DNA from: Octopus sinensis
Taxonomy: Eukaryota
Assembly: GCF_006345805.1 (NCBI RefSeq)
Contig: NC_043005.1
Location: 4,216,001 to 4,280,000, forward strand
Direction: 5' to 3'
Length of the DNA stretch: 64,000 bases
Program-made: the position numbers and the translations under genes
The notes under the pieces: model-generated
Told to the model about the DNA's origin: nothing
Database searches by the model: none
Seen by the model: only the letters and a program-made list of their open reading frames with translations
Part shown: positions 24,689 through 40,392 of the stretch, in pieces
Position numbering within the stretch: position 1 is the first letter of the stretch
Layout: every line of letters begins with the position of its first letter

Positions 24689-24730
24689 ATATATATATTA
24701 CAAGAACAATAAATGATAATGCCAACAAAG

Positions 24731-24978
24731 AAAATTCAAATCAGATCATGTTAAGACCAAAAATTATTTACATGAAAAAGGTGCTTTTTTTCTATGAAAG
24801 ACCCTATTTTTTTACGATTTTTTGACTGCTGTGTTGCTATTTTTCGGTGTATTTCAACCAGGAAAATGTTCCCTTAAAGAAAATAACAAGCTACATAATG
24901 CACAAACTTTTACTTTTCAAAAATTCCAATTCTAAAGGGTTGAAACAAACCTGAGCAATGCTGGGTGATACTGCTAGT
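24731..24978 (+). mobile_element. Tandem 3'-half duplicate of the same Helitron-like element
   Basis: Aligns with ~24450-24688 and ends in the identical gggtgatactgCTAGt. Confidence 0.75.
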
Positions 24979-25523
24979 ATTTCTATAAAATATTGATAAT
25001 GAGATATACAAATAAAGATGTTTTTCTATTATTTTTTTTCGTTCGTTCAACTCCTGCAACTGTGGGAAAATAGATGTAAAAAAACAACATGAATGATATT
25101 TATATATTTACTCATTTTCATGCATACATGTATGTTTATTTGGATGTACAGGTGAAAGTAAAGATACTCAGTAGATACAGAAGTGTCTTTGATTTTACCT
25201 TTGGAATGACCAGAGCCTTGTAAATAGATTTATTAGATGGAAACTAAAAGAAGCTTATGTGTGTGTGTGTGTGTGTGGGTGTGGGTCTCGCCTTGTTTTG
25301 ACATCATATGATGTTTGTAAATGAGTGTCACTGTCATACAAATGTTTGTTTCCAGCCTCTAGAGAGAAACATGTCTAGCCATGAGGAAATGGTTGGCAGC
25401 AGGGAGAGCGTCCTGCTGTAGAAAATCCACCTCAACGAACTCATGCAAGCATGGAAAAATGGATGACGATAGTGATCCTAAAGATATATTTTAGTTAACC
25501 TCTGCTCTTATTCATCCCCATAG

Positions 25524-25575
<52 letters not shown>

Positions 25576-25960
25576 ACATAATATGCCTACACACATACAT
25601 CACTCTCCAAGTAATCTTCACAGAGTTGTATCAAAACTGTAGGATTTGATGGGATTCTGTTTCATATTTTATTAATCTAGGCATTTGATTTATGGTAAAT
25701 ATTTACTATTACACCTGCCTTATGAAACAGGTGTAATTTCTGATCAGTGGAAGTTTGGAATAGCTCTCATCATCTCTTCATAGAGGAGGAAAAGTGCAAG
25801 AAACGGGTAATTGTTTCCTTCTGTCAAGAATTTTCTGTCACCAAAACTTAATTTTTTTTAACATTGCAAGTTCTGTGCCTCTTTTCTGGTAAATTTCTTA
25901 AAAAAAAAAAAAATGGTAACTGAATAATTCTTTTCTGATGTTGTTAATGGCATTGATACT

Positions 25961-25993
<33 letters not shown>

Positions 25994-28900
25994 ATTTCTA
26001 CATATATCAATGAGATCAAACCTTGATATCTCATCTAACAGTGGTCTCAACTTACTTCCAAAAACATGCAGCATTGGAGATTCTCTCAGGTTAGTCATTC
26101 TCTTAGCATGGTTTCTTATTTTTACTATTGCTGTTGGTGTTGCTATTGTTGTTGTTGTGATGATTAAGCATTATTATTATTATTGATTGCTTTCTTGAAT
26201 TTCTGCAAATTTAGAATTTACATTGCAGCATTTTGTTCATTGGTTAAAAGAAAAGTTCTGTCGTGTTTTACATTATTTTAAGCTATTTTTTTGCTCTTCT
26301 TTTGTTTTGCTCCTTGACATTACAATCAATTTTTGCTTAAGAAAATGTCCAGCAGTTTTTTTAAAAAAAAGTTTTTTTAAATAAAATTTTTTGTTATGGT
26401 TTTATTTCTACCAGCAACTCACATGCTTCCACTGTATTGAATATGTGTTTGTGTGCATTCATGCATGTGTCTTGTTGTTATTGTGTTTGTTAGTCTCTGG
26501 CTTGTGGTTATTCCTGTTCTCAAAACTGGGGATCTTTCACGTTTGTTAGTGATTTTTGTATCTTCCCTCTGTTATTTGTTTAATAATTCAACAAAGTCTC
26601 AAATAATTCAACACCATGTTCAGCCTAAACTGCAGGTAGATGGTAATGATCAATGCAATAGAAAAACCAGACTAAATATTTGAGATTTAATTTTGTACTC
26701 CCATCTAAATACCTTGATCATATCTTTTTAATACTGTTGTCCCCTGTAAAAAGATCGCCATTTATATACTCTTAGTGAGCACAATTATTATCTGAATGAA
26801 AAAAAGGGCTTTGTGTCCCTAGCAAAGAAATCCTTATCGGCAAATTAGTAGAAGTGTTAATTCACCAAATTAGTTTAAGCTCATTTCTCTACATTTTAAG
26901 CTCACATCTTGGTATATTTGCTATTCCATTACCTCTAATTCTTTCAAAATAAGGAACCAGTAATATGCTACTTTATTTAATCTATACCATTTTACTGTAA
27001 AAAAAATTTTAAAAACCTGCTCTTGCACCTATGTAAGAAACCATTATTATTGTTATTATTATCTTGGGTGGCAAACTGCTTACTGGCTTTTCATCCATTG
27101 CTATGTTTCAAGTTGAAATTCTGCTGGAGTCAACTTTGCCTTTCATCCTTTTTGGGATCAATAAAATAGGTACCAGTTGAGCACTGGGGTCAATGTAATC
27201 GACTTAATCTCTCCCCCAAATTTTAGGCCTTGTGCATACAATAGGACTATTATTATTACTACTACTATTACTACTATCTACGATCAATATGCTTATTGCT
27301 GTTATTATTGCTATAAATAATAGGGCAGTAGATTGGCAGAATTGTTTGAGTATTAAACAAAAGGCTTTACATAGTTTACTGCCCTTTGTCTTCTGAGGTC
27401 AAATCCTGTTGAAGTCAATTTTGCTTTTCAGCCTTTTTTGGTTGTTAAAACAAAGTCAAATACTGGGCCTGATGGTATCAATTATTCCCCTGCCCACTAG
27501 ATTTCAGGCCTTGTCTCTATGCTAGAAACAGTTACTGCTATTATGAGTGTGTGTGAAGGCATGTGGCCTAGTGGTTGGGCTGTTGCACTCAAAATTGCTA
27601 GATTGTGGGTTCAGTTCCCTGATTGAGCGTCACACTGTGTTCTTGAGTAAAACACTTTATTTTACATTGCCCCAGCCCCCCCCCTCGATCAGTGGGGGTT
27701 GTTGGCCTGCTTGCCTAGCCAGTGGGGTGTTGTCATTTGAAGGCTAAAACAATACATAAGCGCATTGTGACCAGCAATGTTTAACAACATCTGATAGCCT
27801 GGTTATACACACAAACACACCTATCCATCCCAACTGATCGAAGTCCCAAGCCCCACCACAATATTGTGTGTGTGTGGCCATGGGTTTCTCCTTGTGAAAC
27901 ACTGGACTTCAAGATTTTATATTCCTGATCTTAATCTCACCAATGAGATAAAATATTTTGTTGACCTGAAATAAGTACCACAATGTCAACCAAGTACTGC
28001 TAATGGACCCATAAAGTACTGTCTAAAATAAGTACCTATTTTTTTACTACCCACAAGGGGCTAAACACAGAGAGGACAAACAAGGACAGACAAACGGATT
28101 CAGTTGATTATATTGACCCCAGTGCGCAACTGGTACTTATTTAATCGACCCCGAAAGGATGAAAGGCAAAGTTGACCTCGGTGGAATTTGAACTCAGAAC
28201 GTAGCGGCAGATGAAACACTGCTAAGCATTTCGCCCGGCATGCTAACATTTCTACCAGCTCGCTGCCTTTTTAAAATAAGTACCACTAACTGAAATAACA
28301 AACTAGTTACTAACCACATGGTTATGCTACAGTACTGCAACCATGGTGCTGTGACCTTAGGGAAACAATATGATCATGCTTCTTGTTTTATTTGTTTGAT
28401 GAACAAAACAGGTTCTACTTGAGTTTCATGGTTGACTGAAATAATAGCAAGGTTATCCAGCTGTAAAGACCATAGCACCAGTGTCTCATGGGAAAATGGA
28501 AGTGAAACAACGAAGAAGATATGCCTAATTAACTCAAATCTCTCAGCGAAATTGGCCTTCTGCCTTGTTAAAAGAAATCAATAATTATGTTGGTAAAAAT
28601 TAGTCATCACAATGGTTTCTTTACTTGATTGCATCTCTTTTAACTTCTTTTCCTTGAGGACTGGATAAGAAGGGATGGTGGTACCTATTGTAGAGAGAAG
28701 GTCAATTGGTTCAAATTAAATGTCTAAAGTTAGGGATATCAAGGAAAAATTCTAATATCTCTTGAAGCAGAATATCATATTTTAATTAGTATCATCTTTG
28801 AGTTATCATCAGAGATGGGTTGGGGGAATTCTGGATATTCCTGAAAAATTAAGTAAAAATAATTAAGATTCTTAATTTCCAAGAATTGTTTTCTTTCTTT

Positions 28901-29206
28901 GCTGATTGAACTAAAGGAATAAAGTGATTGGTGGCAAGCGAAAACTTTGAATTACAGACGGATCAATGTTTCCTTTTAATCGCTTAGCTTAATTATGTGC
29001 CTATCTGTCTTGGGTTAGGGTAGCTTCCATTCTTAGCCTCACAGTTTTGTGATTAACAGCAGAAAGGATATCTAACCGGGAATTTGTCCAATATAGTTGA
29101 AATATCTGAATTTACAAAAGCTGTCCATCTGTGTCATCTGGAAGAAATAGGGGGAGAAAAAAAAATGAAGTGACAAATGTAGAGAGTTAGTAGCTTTGAG
29201 TTTAAT

Positions 29207-29430
29207 TAACCCTTTGGCATTCAAATTATTCTGTCAAATGTAATGCTTATTTATTCACACAGTTTTGAATTAATCATGCATTATCTCGTAGCTTTGAGTT
29301 TTCAATGATGTTTATAGGGTATTTTTTGAATGATATTGCAGAGTAGGTGTGAGGGGCCAGGACTAGCTGGTTTGAACACGAAACAAGTAGAATATTTGGG
29401 CTGGTTGGTTCTGGTTGGTTTAAATGCCTT
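29207..29430 (+). mobile_element. TTAA MITE family A (others at ~34500-34712 and 57730-57849)
   Basis: ttaaccctttggcattcaaattattctgtcaaatgtaatgc...ggtttaaatgcc; same body recurs. Confidence 0.7.
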
Positions 29431-32400
29431 TAGGTAATAAATTACTAATGTGGTCAGGAGTTCCAGTTTTACTTGTCACTCGGTGGTGTCTTCGGGGGGG
29501 GGGGACCATTACACTACTTTATTTTGTAAATAATAAGTGAAACAGATTCCTTTTTGTGGATGAATAATTAAACGTAAGACAGCCATTGAATTGAAATATT
29601 TCTTGCTTCAACAAGATTCAGATATGTCTAAGTTTATAAATGCTCCTCTTCGTTCTTGCATACTTCAGAAAATGAATGTAAAATCTGTAGAAAAGCCTTC
29701 CATTGAAGGAGAAAGAAAAGCCATTAGATTAAGAGGACACACATGGAAGACTAAGCTCAGTCACAGAAGGGTTTTAAATGTCTTGTCCAGAAGCTTATTG
29801 TGTCTGACTCTCTGGTTTATAATGACAAATGTTTGCCACAACTAAATCATATCATTTTTGAGAAGAAGTCTTTTTTTTACATTTTTCTCACTAGTAGATT
29901 GTTGAATTGAATTTCAAAACAATCAGTGTGTTTGTTTACACCTGTATTCCCTTATATGAAAGCTAGGACATTTGAGCAGTGTTGTTGTTGGCATTTCTGT
30001 CAATAAATCATCTGCATGTTTTTATGCTCTGAAAGCTGTGAGGAACAAGATATCCCTTGCTTGTAATACAAGTAAGTGTTAGTGTCAAAAAAATGATCTG
30101 GCTGTAAAACGATACTTTAATATAACATATTCATTTAACCCATGCAAACATTTGAAAACAGAGGTAAAAACAAATAAGATATAACTAAAATAATGGTACA
30201 CCTTTGTCATTTTGTGTTTAAGGAAAATAACTGAACACACTTTAAAGGAATTTGATTTATTGTCTGTAAGAGAGTATTTCTGGCCTTGCTCTAAGGCAAT
30301 TTTCGATTTACATTCTCTGAGCAGTCATAAAGAATGCAATTTCATTCTAGTTGGGCCTTTTTAATCTTCGGTTCTAGAAGGAGATGAAATTACAAGAAAC
30401 TTTACTGGAAATATTTGCAGTAAACCAGTTCAACTGTCATAGAAATATTGGTTTCAAATTTTTGTCACAAGGCTTGTAAGTTTGAGGTGAGGGGGTAAAT
30501 CAATTACATTGACCCCCAAAGGATGAAAGGTGAAGTTGACCTCAGCAGAATTTGAACTCAGTACATAAAGATGAAAGAAATGCCTCTAAGCATTTTGCCG
30601 AGCGTGTTAATGATTCTGCTACTTGCTGCCTTAAACTCTTTTTATGCGCCCTTTTCAAGCCTAGCCAGGCTCATGGGCCCAGTTTCTGTGGCGTATGTGT
30701 TCCCCCCAGCTGGACAGGATGCCAGTCCATCGCAGCGTTACTCAAGAAACAGGGTGAAAGAGAACAATAGGGGTTGCCACCACCCCCTGCCGGAGCCTCA
30801 TGGAGCTTTTAGGTGTTTTCGCTGAATACACACAACACCTGGTCTGGGAATCGAAATCATGATCCTCCGACCATGAGTCCACTGCCCTAACCAGTGGGCC
30901 ATTGTGCCTCCACATGCACCCTTTTAAAACCTAGCCAGGCTCATGGGACCAGTTTCCCAGTTTCGATGGCGTATGTGTTCCCCAGCTGGACGGGAAGCCA
31001 GACAATCGCAGCGTTACTCATTTTTGCCTGCTGAGTGGACTGGAGCAACGTGAAATGAAGTGTTTTGCTCAAGAACACAACACGTTGCCCGGTCCAGGAA
31101 TCGAAACCGCAATCTTACGATCATGATGTCGACACCCTAACCGCTAAACTATGTGCCTCCACTAAACTATCTTAGAAATATTAATTAGTTTTGACAGATG
31201 GCATCGGTAGATGTTATATTGTGTTTAAGCACTACAATACCTTGGCTAACTGGAAGAAATTTAGAAATTCTGCTGTTTGGAATGGAATTTTTCTGGTATG
31301 TAAAAAGCAGACATAATATTTCAGTCCATTGAGGTAAAATATTTCAACCTTGGGATATGTTGTTGATTGTGGTGCTGAAGTTCATGAAGTGAGACTAAAA
31401 GGGTAAGTTGGGTTGGAAGAATTGGCAGAAAAGAGAGAGTTTAATGGGTGTTAAAATAGGCTGTGGAATTCCTCAAAGGAAAGATTGAAAGCTACTTTAG
31501 AAGAGATGAGATTACTGAAAGTTAACTAAGATCTGAGACAGGTGAGAAATAGTGAAAAGAAACTACTAAGGAAATCCAGGTAATGTATACATACATGGAT
31601 GCACCCCCCCCATTCCCCCAAAGAAAAAACAAAACAAAACTACCACATTTTACATGTTGACAAACATTTCAACAGCAGAATGCATAGGTTTAAACTAGGA
31701 TGATAAGCTTCTTGAAGGCATGCTTATCATCTGTGTAATTTCACTTGCACCACCACAAGGGCCATGTAAAATATGGGAGGTTTTTCTGCTGCATCTTGTA
31801 CAACCCTGACTGTAGATTTTATTCTTTAATTCGCATCTTCCTATTAGTCTAACATTCTTCGTGGAATCGGTGAACTTTTTGAGAAGGCTTTGCCAAAGGG
31901 CTATATGTAACTAGGCTGTGAAGGTGTCTACCAAAGTGTCAACACTGATATTTATGCCAGCATAAATGTTCTTGCTTAAAGACTTTCCACTTTTCATGGC
32001 CACCCTGTTGGGAAAAGTGCACTTGATAAAATGATCAGTTATACATACTGCTTCTTGTGTAGAGCTTTAACATCTTAGAATACCATTTTACATCATTTTG
32101 ATATGCTGAGTTGAAATACTCACCTGGGCAGGAGCATTCACTGGTCTGTTTCTATCCTGACATGGGGAGATTTCTCTCACCTGCTTATACATTAAAATGA
32201 ACTGTAATGCTCCAACACACCTTACATAGTATGCTGATATATTTATTGAAGACAGTTGATTTATGCAAGAATTTCTGGTAGCCCTGGGCCAATCAAAGCC
32301 TTATAAGATTATGTGTGTGTGTTTGTTGGTGATACATTGGGAAAATAGAACTTGAGACATGAGAATACATATACTTTTTATTAATAATTGGGGAAGTTAC

Positions 32401-32575
32401 AGTCTGACTCAAGATTGACCCATGCTGGAGCAAATGATTTGTCCATTTACTGAGCTCTTGGCTCTTGAGTCACTTTGTAACTTCTGCTGATTTAATAATG
32501 TGTGTATAATACATGCATTATCAAATCTTAATCTTAGTATGACTAACCATTAAGCCCCTGAATGTTATTCTAGGT

Positions 32576-32861
32576 CAGTGGATCTCAACCAGGATCCATA
32601 TGGTCTATGAGGGACATATAAGATTATTGAGGTCCACAATAGTATTTTAAGGGTTCCTGAAAAATTTTGTTTTAGATGTATGTATTGTAAGAAACGGGTT
32701 TCTTTCTACATAGTTCAACCTACACAGGGGAATGTGTGAAAAACAAAATAGGAATTTTGAAAGAGGTTTCTATAAAACTAGTTTTGAATGGCTATAGGGG
32801 TCCACCAGAATAAAATAGAAATCAAAGGGGTCCATGGATAAAAAAGGGTTAAGAACCCCTG
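32576..32861 (+). mobile_element. hAT-like MITE
   Basis: Imperfect TIRs CAGTGGATCTCAACC / GGTTAAGAACCCCTG. Right-end fragments also at ~15780-15802 and ~60080-60142. The 8-bp TSD is not preserved. Confidence 0.55.
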
Positions 32862-33204
32862 GTCTCTGTCAACTGAACCATCCCTACATATTCTTTCTTT
32901 TGCGTTTGGTGTGTTCCCCACCTCCTCCCTATCAGCCATTATTTGATATTTTCAAGTGAAACACTTTAAAACATGTTATGGTGTTTGGTGTCTGTGCTTC
33001 AGTAATCTTTAATCTGTTGATGGGACGATTTGTTTTGTTTTAGTTTCACTGATTATTTCTTAATATTTATTAAGTGGAGTTTTGTTAAGGTCTTAATCCA
33101 AATCAGAAATTGTATTGTTTTCTTGTCTATTTTTTAAGTGTGCAGTTAATCTCTGATTTTAAGTTTGTTTTTATTTTGTGTGTGGGTGAATGTGTAGGGT
33201 CGTT

Positions 33205-33242
<38 letters not shown>

Positions 33243-33689
33243 CGTGTAAAGTTCATAAGCTTAATCTTCATTAGATAATCTCTTGATAAGCTTTAAAAAA
33301 ACCAGGTGAACTATACTACACTTTGATTTCATCATGAAATAAATACCCCTCCTCCCCAAATTTGTCTGTTTTGATTTCCATATAATTTCTCATTCTTTAA
33401 TAATAACATAATAAAAGTTATCCTAGTCTTGTATTAATTTTGTTTGTGGCTATCAATAGTTTTCTTGTTTTCTTTGCTCACAAATCATTGTTGAACAAAA
33501 TTAAAATTTTTCTTGTTCAACTGTAAGCAATCAGTGCTGAAAATTATAAACTTTGCTCATTAAAAATTAGTATTTTGTGTGAAAGCAACTATTTTGTATA
33601 AATGTTTGAAGAGAAATTCCTCGCTCAACTTTTAACATTGAAACTTTCAAAGTTGTGTATCTTAATCTGTGTAAACTATTGTTGGCTTC

Positions 33690-33935
33690 AGTTACCATGA
33701 CGATTGTGATCCTCATAACTAGCTTCATCATAATCACCATCATTGTTGTCATCATCACTATCATCATCACAACTGTCATAATTATCTTTGCTTTTGTCAT
33801 CTTTGTTATGATTGTCATCATTATCCTTATAAAGTCTCATAATTATCATTGTCATAATCTTCGTTACTATAATCATCATCATTGTCATAATGATCATTAC
33901 TCTCATCATTATCAGAATCGTCATTATCATTGGTT
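33690..33935. repeat. Degenerate (CAT/ATC)n low-complexity tract
   Basis: Repeated atc/cat/att triplets. Source of the I/H/D/M-rich spurious ORFs. Confidence 0.9.
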
Positions 33936-36900
33936 TATGTTCCTTCTCCTTTGACAATCCTTTCAGAGAGTCTGTTATTCTAAGTGATGGCTCTTCCTTT
34001 GGGTTTGGTTCTTTTGTAACTTCAATATTGGTAGGGTCTTAACCTAGTCCTGTTTCACCCAGCAAGACATGATAAAATATTTAGATCTTCTAACAACTAT
34101 TTGTGCCAAAATAGCCTGGCATCTGCCAAAATAAATTGATCTTGTCAATAATGAAAGAATAAAAGGTTTAGTGGTATTGATCAAGAGAAGGTGGCAACCA
34201 GCAGACCCTCTAAGGTCTCTGAACATTGGCCAAAACAGTTAACTATTCCTATTTTCTCAGTGTAGTACAATCATAGCCAAAACACTTAACACTGTCTGCT
34301 CAGTCTACTTCGCTGTTTATAGATAAGTATTATTAACCATTATAAAAGCCAGGCACACCGTATAAAATTGAGAATTCTTCTATGGTTAAAACAATAGTGA
34401 TTTCTTATTAGAGACAAATGTTAGTATTTCTGGAGATCTTTTTGTTTTTAAAGCCATGAGGAAATGCAGAACAAATCTTTCGTTAGCTGTGCCAGATTAA
34501 CCTGTTAGCATTCAGATTAAATGTAATGCTTATTTATTTATATTGTTTTGATTTAGTCATTATCTTGTAGCTTTGAGATTTCAGTCAAGGATGTGATGGA
34601 GGGTCCCCCCAAGAGTGACATTGTATGGTTTATGTGAGAGGCTGATTCTGGCCAGTTTGATCAGGAAAAATATTTGGGCTGAATATAGCCAGCTTTAAAT
34701 GCTAAAGAGTTAAAGGAAAAGATCTGGTTGCAGGCAAAAATGGCAATATCATTTCAGGTGTTGAAATTCTTGTTTCATCTCTTTCTTTTGACATGTATTT
34801 TGCCCCTCAGACATTAAAAAAAAGTTTAATCTCTTAACTCCCACATGTGTCAAAATTAAGCCATGCATCTTGCATCTGATTACTGTTGCACTTGAAATTT
34901 CATTTCTGTTGTTGACCCTAACAACACCCCTTTTCAGAAAGTAAACTTTATATACATATATCATCATCATCATATCCACTTTCCATGTTTGCATGAATCA
35001 GACAGAATTTGTTGAGAGAGATTTCCTATGGCTGGAGGCTCTTCTTGTTGCCAACCCTCAGCTGTTTCCAAGCAAGGTAAAATACTACCCCTTTTGTGTA
35101 GACTGGTAACAAACAACATTGCTTATAAGATGGTGATACTCATTTACAACCATCCCATGATATCAAGATAAAGGCATATTCAAATACACACATATATATT
35201 GTACCTTCTTAAAAACGAGTAAGAATTGGTTAGAAGAAGGGCATCTGAGTGTAGAAAATGTCTCAAAATTCTATGTGGGCATGGAAAAGTGGATGTTAGT
35301 GATTTTAGATATATATATTAGAAGAAATGAGGTACTCAGAAATTCGGATGGTTTTATATTTACAGGTATTTATTTGTATATTACATGTTTTTATATATTA
35401 TATATCATATGTTAGCGCTTTAGTTGTCCTGTGGTTATAGTAGAGGGTATTTGCACCCAGCTACCACAATGGAACTGAACCCAAAACCATATGGGTTGGG
35501 ATCTAGCATCTTAACTACACACACACACACACACACACACATACAAAATATATGCATGTATGTATTTGTAATCAGTCTGTTAAAATGTGAGTGTCACCTT
35601 TATAAACCTGGGAACCTTGAGTGAAAGTGTTTACAAATCTGCCAGCAACAAGGCCTGGTATTTACGTTTCCTGTAAATGTGTAAATCTTAATAGTTTTTA
35701 GCTTTTAGCACTTAGCATCATGGCCACTTGAACCAAAAAGATAAAAAAAAAAAAAATTCAAGTGTCTGTAAATAAATAGAAGCATCAAGATCTTTCCACT
35801 TCACGACCATCTTGTCTCTAAACCAATTTTTCTTTTCTCAAAAATCATTTAAGTGATTCTGAGAAATTTTAAAGTAAATCTTTACATTTGTACTAAGGTA
35901 TTCTGTGAGAAGTTAACCTTAACTGGAACAAGATTTTAGTTTTATGTAAATCTTGAGGAGATCACCTGATAGAAATTGCACTGGGATTAAACTCAAGTTG
36001 TATAATTCCTTTTTGGGATGATAAAAGCCATAAACTCTTAAGGGTTAACCATGTGTCCTCTTGTAACTTTGAGATTACAATATAGGATGTGATTGTTTTT
36101 TCTTTGTAGCTGGAAAGTGAAAGACATGATTTGTGTGTGTTAGGACGTGCATGGTTATGTGTGTTTGCTTACATCTGCAATCACTTGTGCAAAAGTGCAA
36201 CATGCAGTGTTGTTGTCAGTGACTCCGGCACTGTTCCTTTAGAGCCAGGTGGAATAATTGACCCCTTGAAAAACATCAATTTTTGTGTTAGGAAGGGCAT
36301 CTGGCTATAAAGTGATGCCTCAAATTAACATATTTGTCTAACCCATGCAAGCATGGTAAAATGGACATAAAACGAACACATGAAGGAAAGAACAAACATA
36401 TCTTTCCTTTCACATTGAACCACCGTTTTTTTGTGAATGTTTGAACAATATCACAAGCTGTGTCTTCTGTAGAAGCTATTTCCTACTCTATAAAAATCTC
36501 TACAGAAAAGTAAATGTGTTCTGAGATGGAAATAAAAAAAAAAAGGGATTCTTTCAACAGCAGCTCTTCATTATTTTTTCTGTCAGTCCACTTTTCAGCA
36601 TCCTTTCCTGTAGTTAACATTATTACAAAATTCTGAAACTGGCCACCTGGTTTTAAGCTGAGTTCTCACACCTTGGAACTGACCAGCTGCTCTTATTACA
36701 CAACAAGCTTCAGATTTCACATGTAAATTTAGCCCCCCCCCCCCCCGAAAGAAAAAAAACTATATTCTTTCTGTGATGCTGACTTACCAGTTTCTTCCCT
36801 GACATTCTCAAACCTGGATATTCTTCCTTTTGATCTAAAAGTACATGAACATTACTAAATCGGTAATTCTTAAATATTGCCTTAATTGTTTTATCTTTTG

Positions 36901-37559
36901 TTGGTCACTAGGTTGTGACCATGCTGGGGCACAACCTTAACCTTTTAGTCAAACGAATTGACTCAGGAACTTATTTTTTTGTTTTTAAGACTGGTACATT
37001 CTATCAATCTCTTTTGCCAAACTGCAACATTATGAGAATGTAAACACACCAACACTGGTTATTGAGCAGTCGTAGGACACACACACACACATGCTCTCAC
37101 ATGACAGGCTTCTTTCAGTTTCCCTCTAATGCACTCACAAGGCTTTGGTTGATCTGAGCTTCTAGTAGAAGACACTTTCCCAAGGTGCCATGCAGTGGGA
37201 CGGAACCCAGAACTGTGTGGTTGGGAAGCAAGCTTCTTACCACACAGCCACACCTGCATAAAAACAAAAGATAAAAATCTAATAAGCAAGACACAACCTT
37301 CAACCCATTCAAAGAACGTTTTTGTTGTTGTTGTTCATATCTTATTTATTTATTCCTATATTTACTTTTTTATTCGTTTACTTGTTTCAGTCATTTGACT
37401 GTAGCCATGCTGGAGCACCGCCTTTAGTTGAGCAAATCAACTTCTAGTACTTATTCTATCAGTCTTTTTTGCTGAACCGCTATATTACAGGGATGTAAAC
37501 ACACCAGCATCGGTTGTCAAGCGATGTTGGAGGTACAAACATATATACATACATACATA

Positions 37560-37604
<45 letters not shown>

Positions 37605-40392
37605 CGGGCTTCTTTCAGTTTTTGTCTACCAGATCCACTCACAAGGCTTTGGTTGGCCTGAGGCTATAGTAGAAGATACTTGCCCAAGGTGCCACGCAGT
37701 GGGACTGAACCTGGAACCATGTGGTTGGTAAGCAAGCTACTTACCACACTTTTTTGATTAATCTCCCTTCTTTGACAAAACATATTTAATGTCAAAAAAA
37801 AAAATGAACTGAATTTCTCAACCTTAGAATTCTTTAATCATAAATCTTTTTGTATTCTTCTCTTTTTGGTCCCATTGTAATATAGATAAGATAGTTTTGT
37901 GAAATTGAAGTTTTTTGTAGCACTGGGGTGTTCTTATAATTGGGTGCTCTTCCTAGTGATAATCGCCCAACCGTGGAGGATGAGTATCTTTTCATCAACA
38001 AAGAAAACAGACCATTCTAGTCGTTCTATTCTATAGCCACAATGCAATGACTGTGGCATTCATTCAGCTCTTAATCTTTTACTTGGCAAAATACAGGCCA
38101 ATTTTGTTTTCAAATATTCATGATCATAACCACTCGTTTATGTACTGGGGTTGTATACATAAAAAGATAAAGGAAACTGGCTCTCTCTTGGTTACGACAA
38201 TGACGAGGGTTCCAGTTGATCCAATCAACGGAACAGCCTGCTTGTGAAATTAACGTGCAAGTGGCTGAGCACTCCACAGACACACGTACTCTTAACGCAG
38301 TTCTCAGGGAGATTCAGCAAGAAATAGAATGTGACATGGCTGCTCCTTTGAAATACTGGTCCAACTCATTTTTGCCAGGCTGGAGCAATGTAAAATAAAG
38401 TGTCTTGCTAAAGGACACAACACACCTGCCAGAAATTGAACTCTTGACCCTATGATCATGAACCAGATATCCTAACCACTAAGCTACATGCCTTTACAAT
38501 AAATTAAAATGGAGACTGTATAGTTTAACAGAAATTTGGTAATGAAAAGATGGAATGACGTTACTCTTAACCTTTTCATTACCAACCCGGCTGAAACCGG
38601 TTCTGCAGTACAAATGTCTTGTTTTCATAAGTTTTGAATTTGAATCCTCCACCAAACCTTACTCACAATTAATGTTCATGGCACTAGCTTAATGATAACT
38701 AAGTTATTTTACTAAATTCTTTGTTATATCTAAAATTAATTGAGAGAAACACAGAGCATCTCAACAGAAATAACAGCAATGAAAGAATTAATTAGCTTTT
38801 TGCATTTCTTTTTTAAACCTAATCATTTACTTTGGTTTGGTTTAAGTTAAATTTATTGATTGAGTGGGACTCTTTTACACACACAGCATCCCACTGTTGT
38901 TTGTTTTCTCTTCTACATCATCACACCACAGTCATATACCTACATTGGTACACAGGACTTTACTACTATCTTTATTTAGTGAGTAAACTCGCTGTTATCA
39001 GATACATTACATGTTTTTGAACAAATATTTGATTAACACATGACTGCCATTGTAAATAGTAGTTTGTTATGTTTTAATTATATTAATTACATCATAGACT
39101 TAACGACTTAAAATTAGTTCAGACTTTTATAGATTTTTCATTAACTCTGTAGCAAATGTGCATAATACTCTCACTCCTGTTTCTTTTATTCTTACAGAAT
39201 GGATTGTGTTCTTGCGTTGTTCCTTTTGTCACATCTTGATTCCATTTTACCATCTGCCTGCCAACTCTAAAATATAAAATAAACTCTTGCAGTCTTTTAC
39301 ACGTTGTTCTTCAAAGCATTTCCTGTTAACTAGTCTTTCTATCATTACTATCTCTCCTATCTATAACTTCTATCTCTGGGTTTAGCTGTTTTTATATTTT
39401 CTTATCTTTCTTCGCTACTGAATTTCTTCCCATGTTTTTCACTCTATTAAAAAAAACCATGGAGCTTATGTCTTGCAGAGTAAGTTCTAAATATATACAC
39501 GAAATAAGCTTTCATTTCTTGTTTCCTTGAATTTTTAAATCTATTTTCTTGCACTGTACTGAGACAAGGTTCCAGTTTGTGAAGTTTGTTATTCTTTTAA
39601 TTTAGGTTTTGACTATTTTTCTTTAGAATCTCACCATAAACTGAAACAAAAAGCTTGCTTATTAATTTATACAAGTTGCCTTTTGTAGACTGCTCACACT
39701 CTTTTCCTCCAATCTAAAAGGAAGGAACAAACGGTCCATTTATAACCTCATTCCTGACATGAAAGTAATATCTCGCTGGCATAGCATTGCCGGACAGTCA
39801 GGCTAGTCAAATAATCTTATATTTGTACTAATTAATAGAAAACATATGGGATGTGGGTGACATGAAAGAAGCCCTTGAATTTGTTTTTTTCTGTAAGTTT
39901 TTTTTTTACAAATCTGTTCATGTTTTTATCTGACCTATTGGGAAATAAACCTTGATATGAAAAGCATTTGAAATGATGTGTTTGTAGGTTACTGAATCAA
40001 AGTACTAATCTCTTTTGATACCAACCCACCTGGGACCATCCTTGATTCTATGATACTAATTCCATTTTTTAAAGGGATCTACAAACCTTTCATCAAAATT
40101 TCATGCTTATGTTTTAAACACCAGCTTAATAAGAGCAAAATTATTTTGATTTTTTTTTTCTTCAAAAGTAACTGAAAAAATACTGTAACAAAATGGTTAA
40201 AATATTGTGTGAATATAAAAATCTAAGTGATTGCAGTGTGAAAGATTACACTGAATGAAAAAAAGTTCTGTTGTAAAAGAGTGAAAAGTTCATCTCTGCA
40301 AGTTTTATTAAAGAAATATTTTATCTTTAGATTAGAGGTTAACTCTTTTAAATACAAATCCACTTGATATTATGATACAAACTGTTTTAAAT

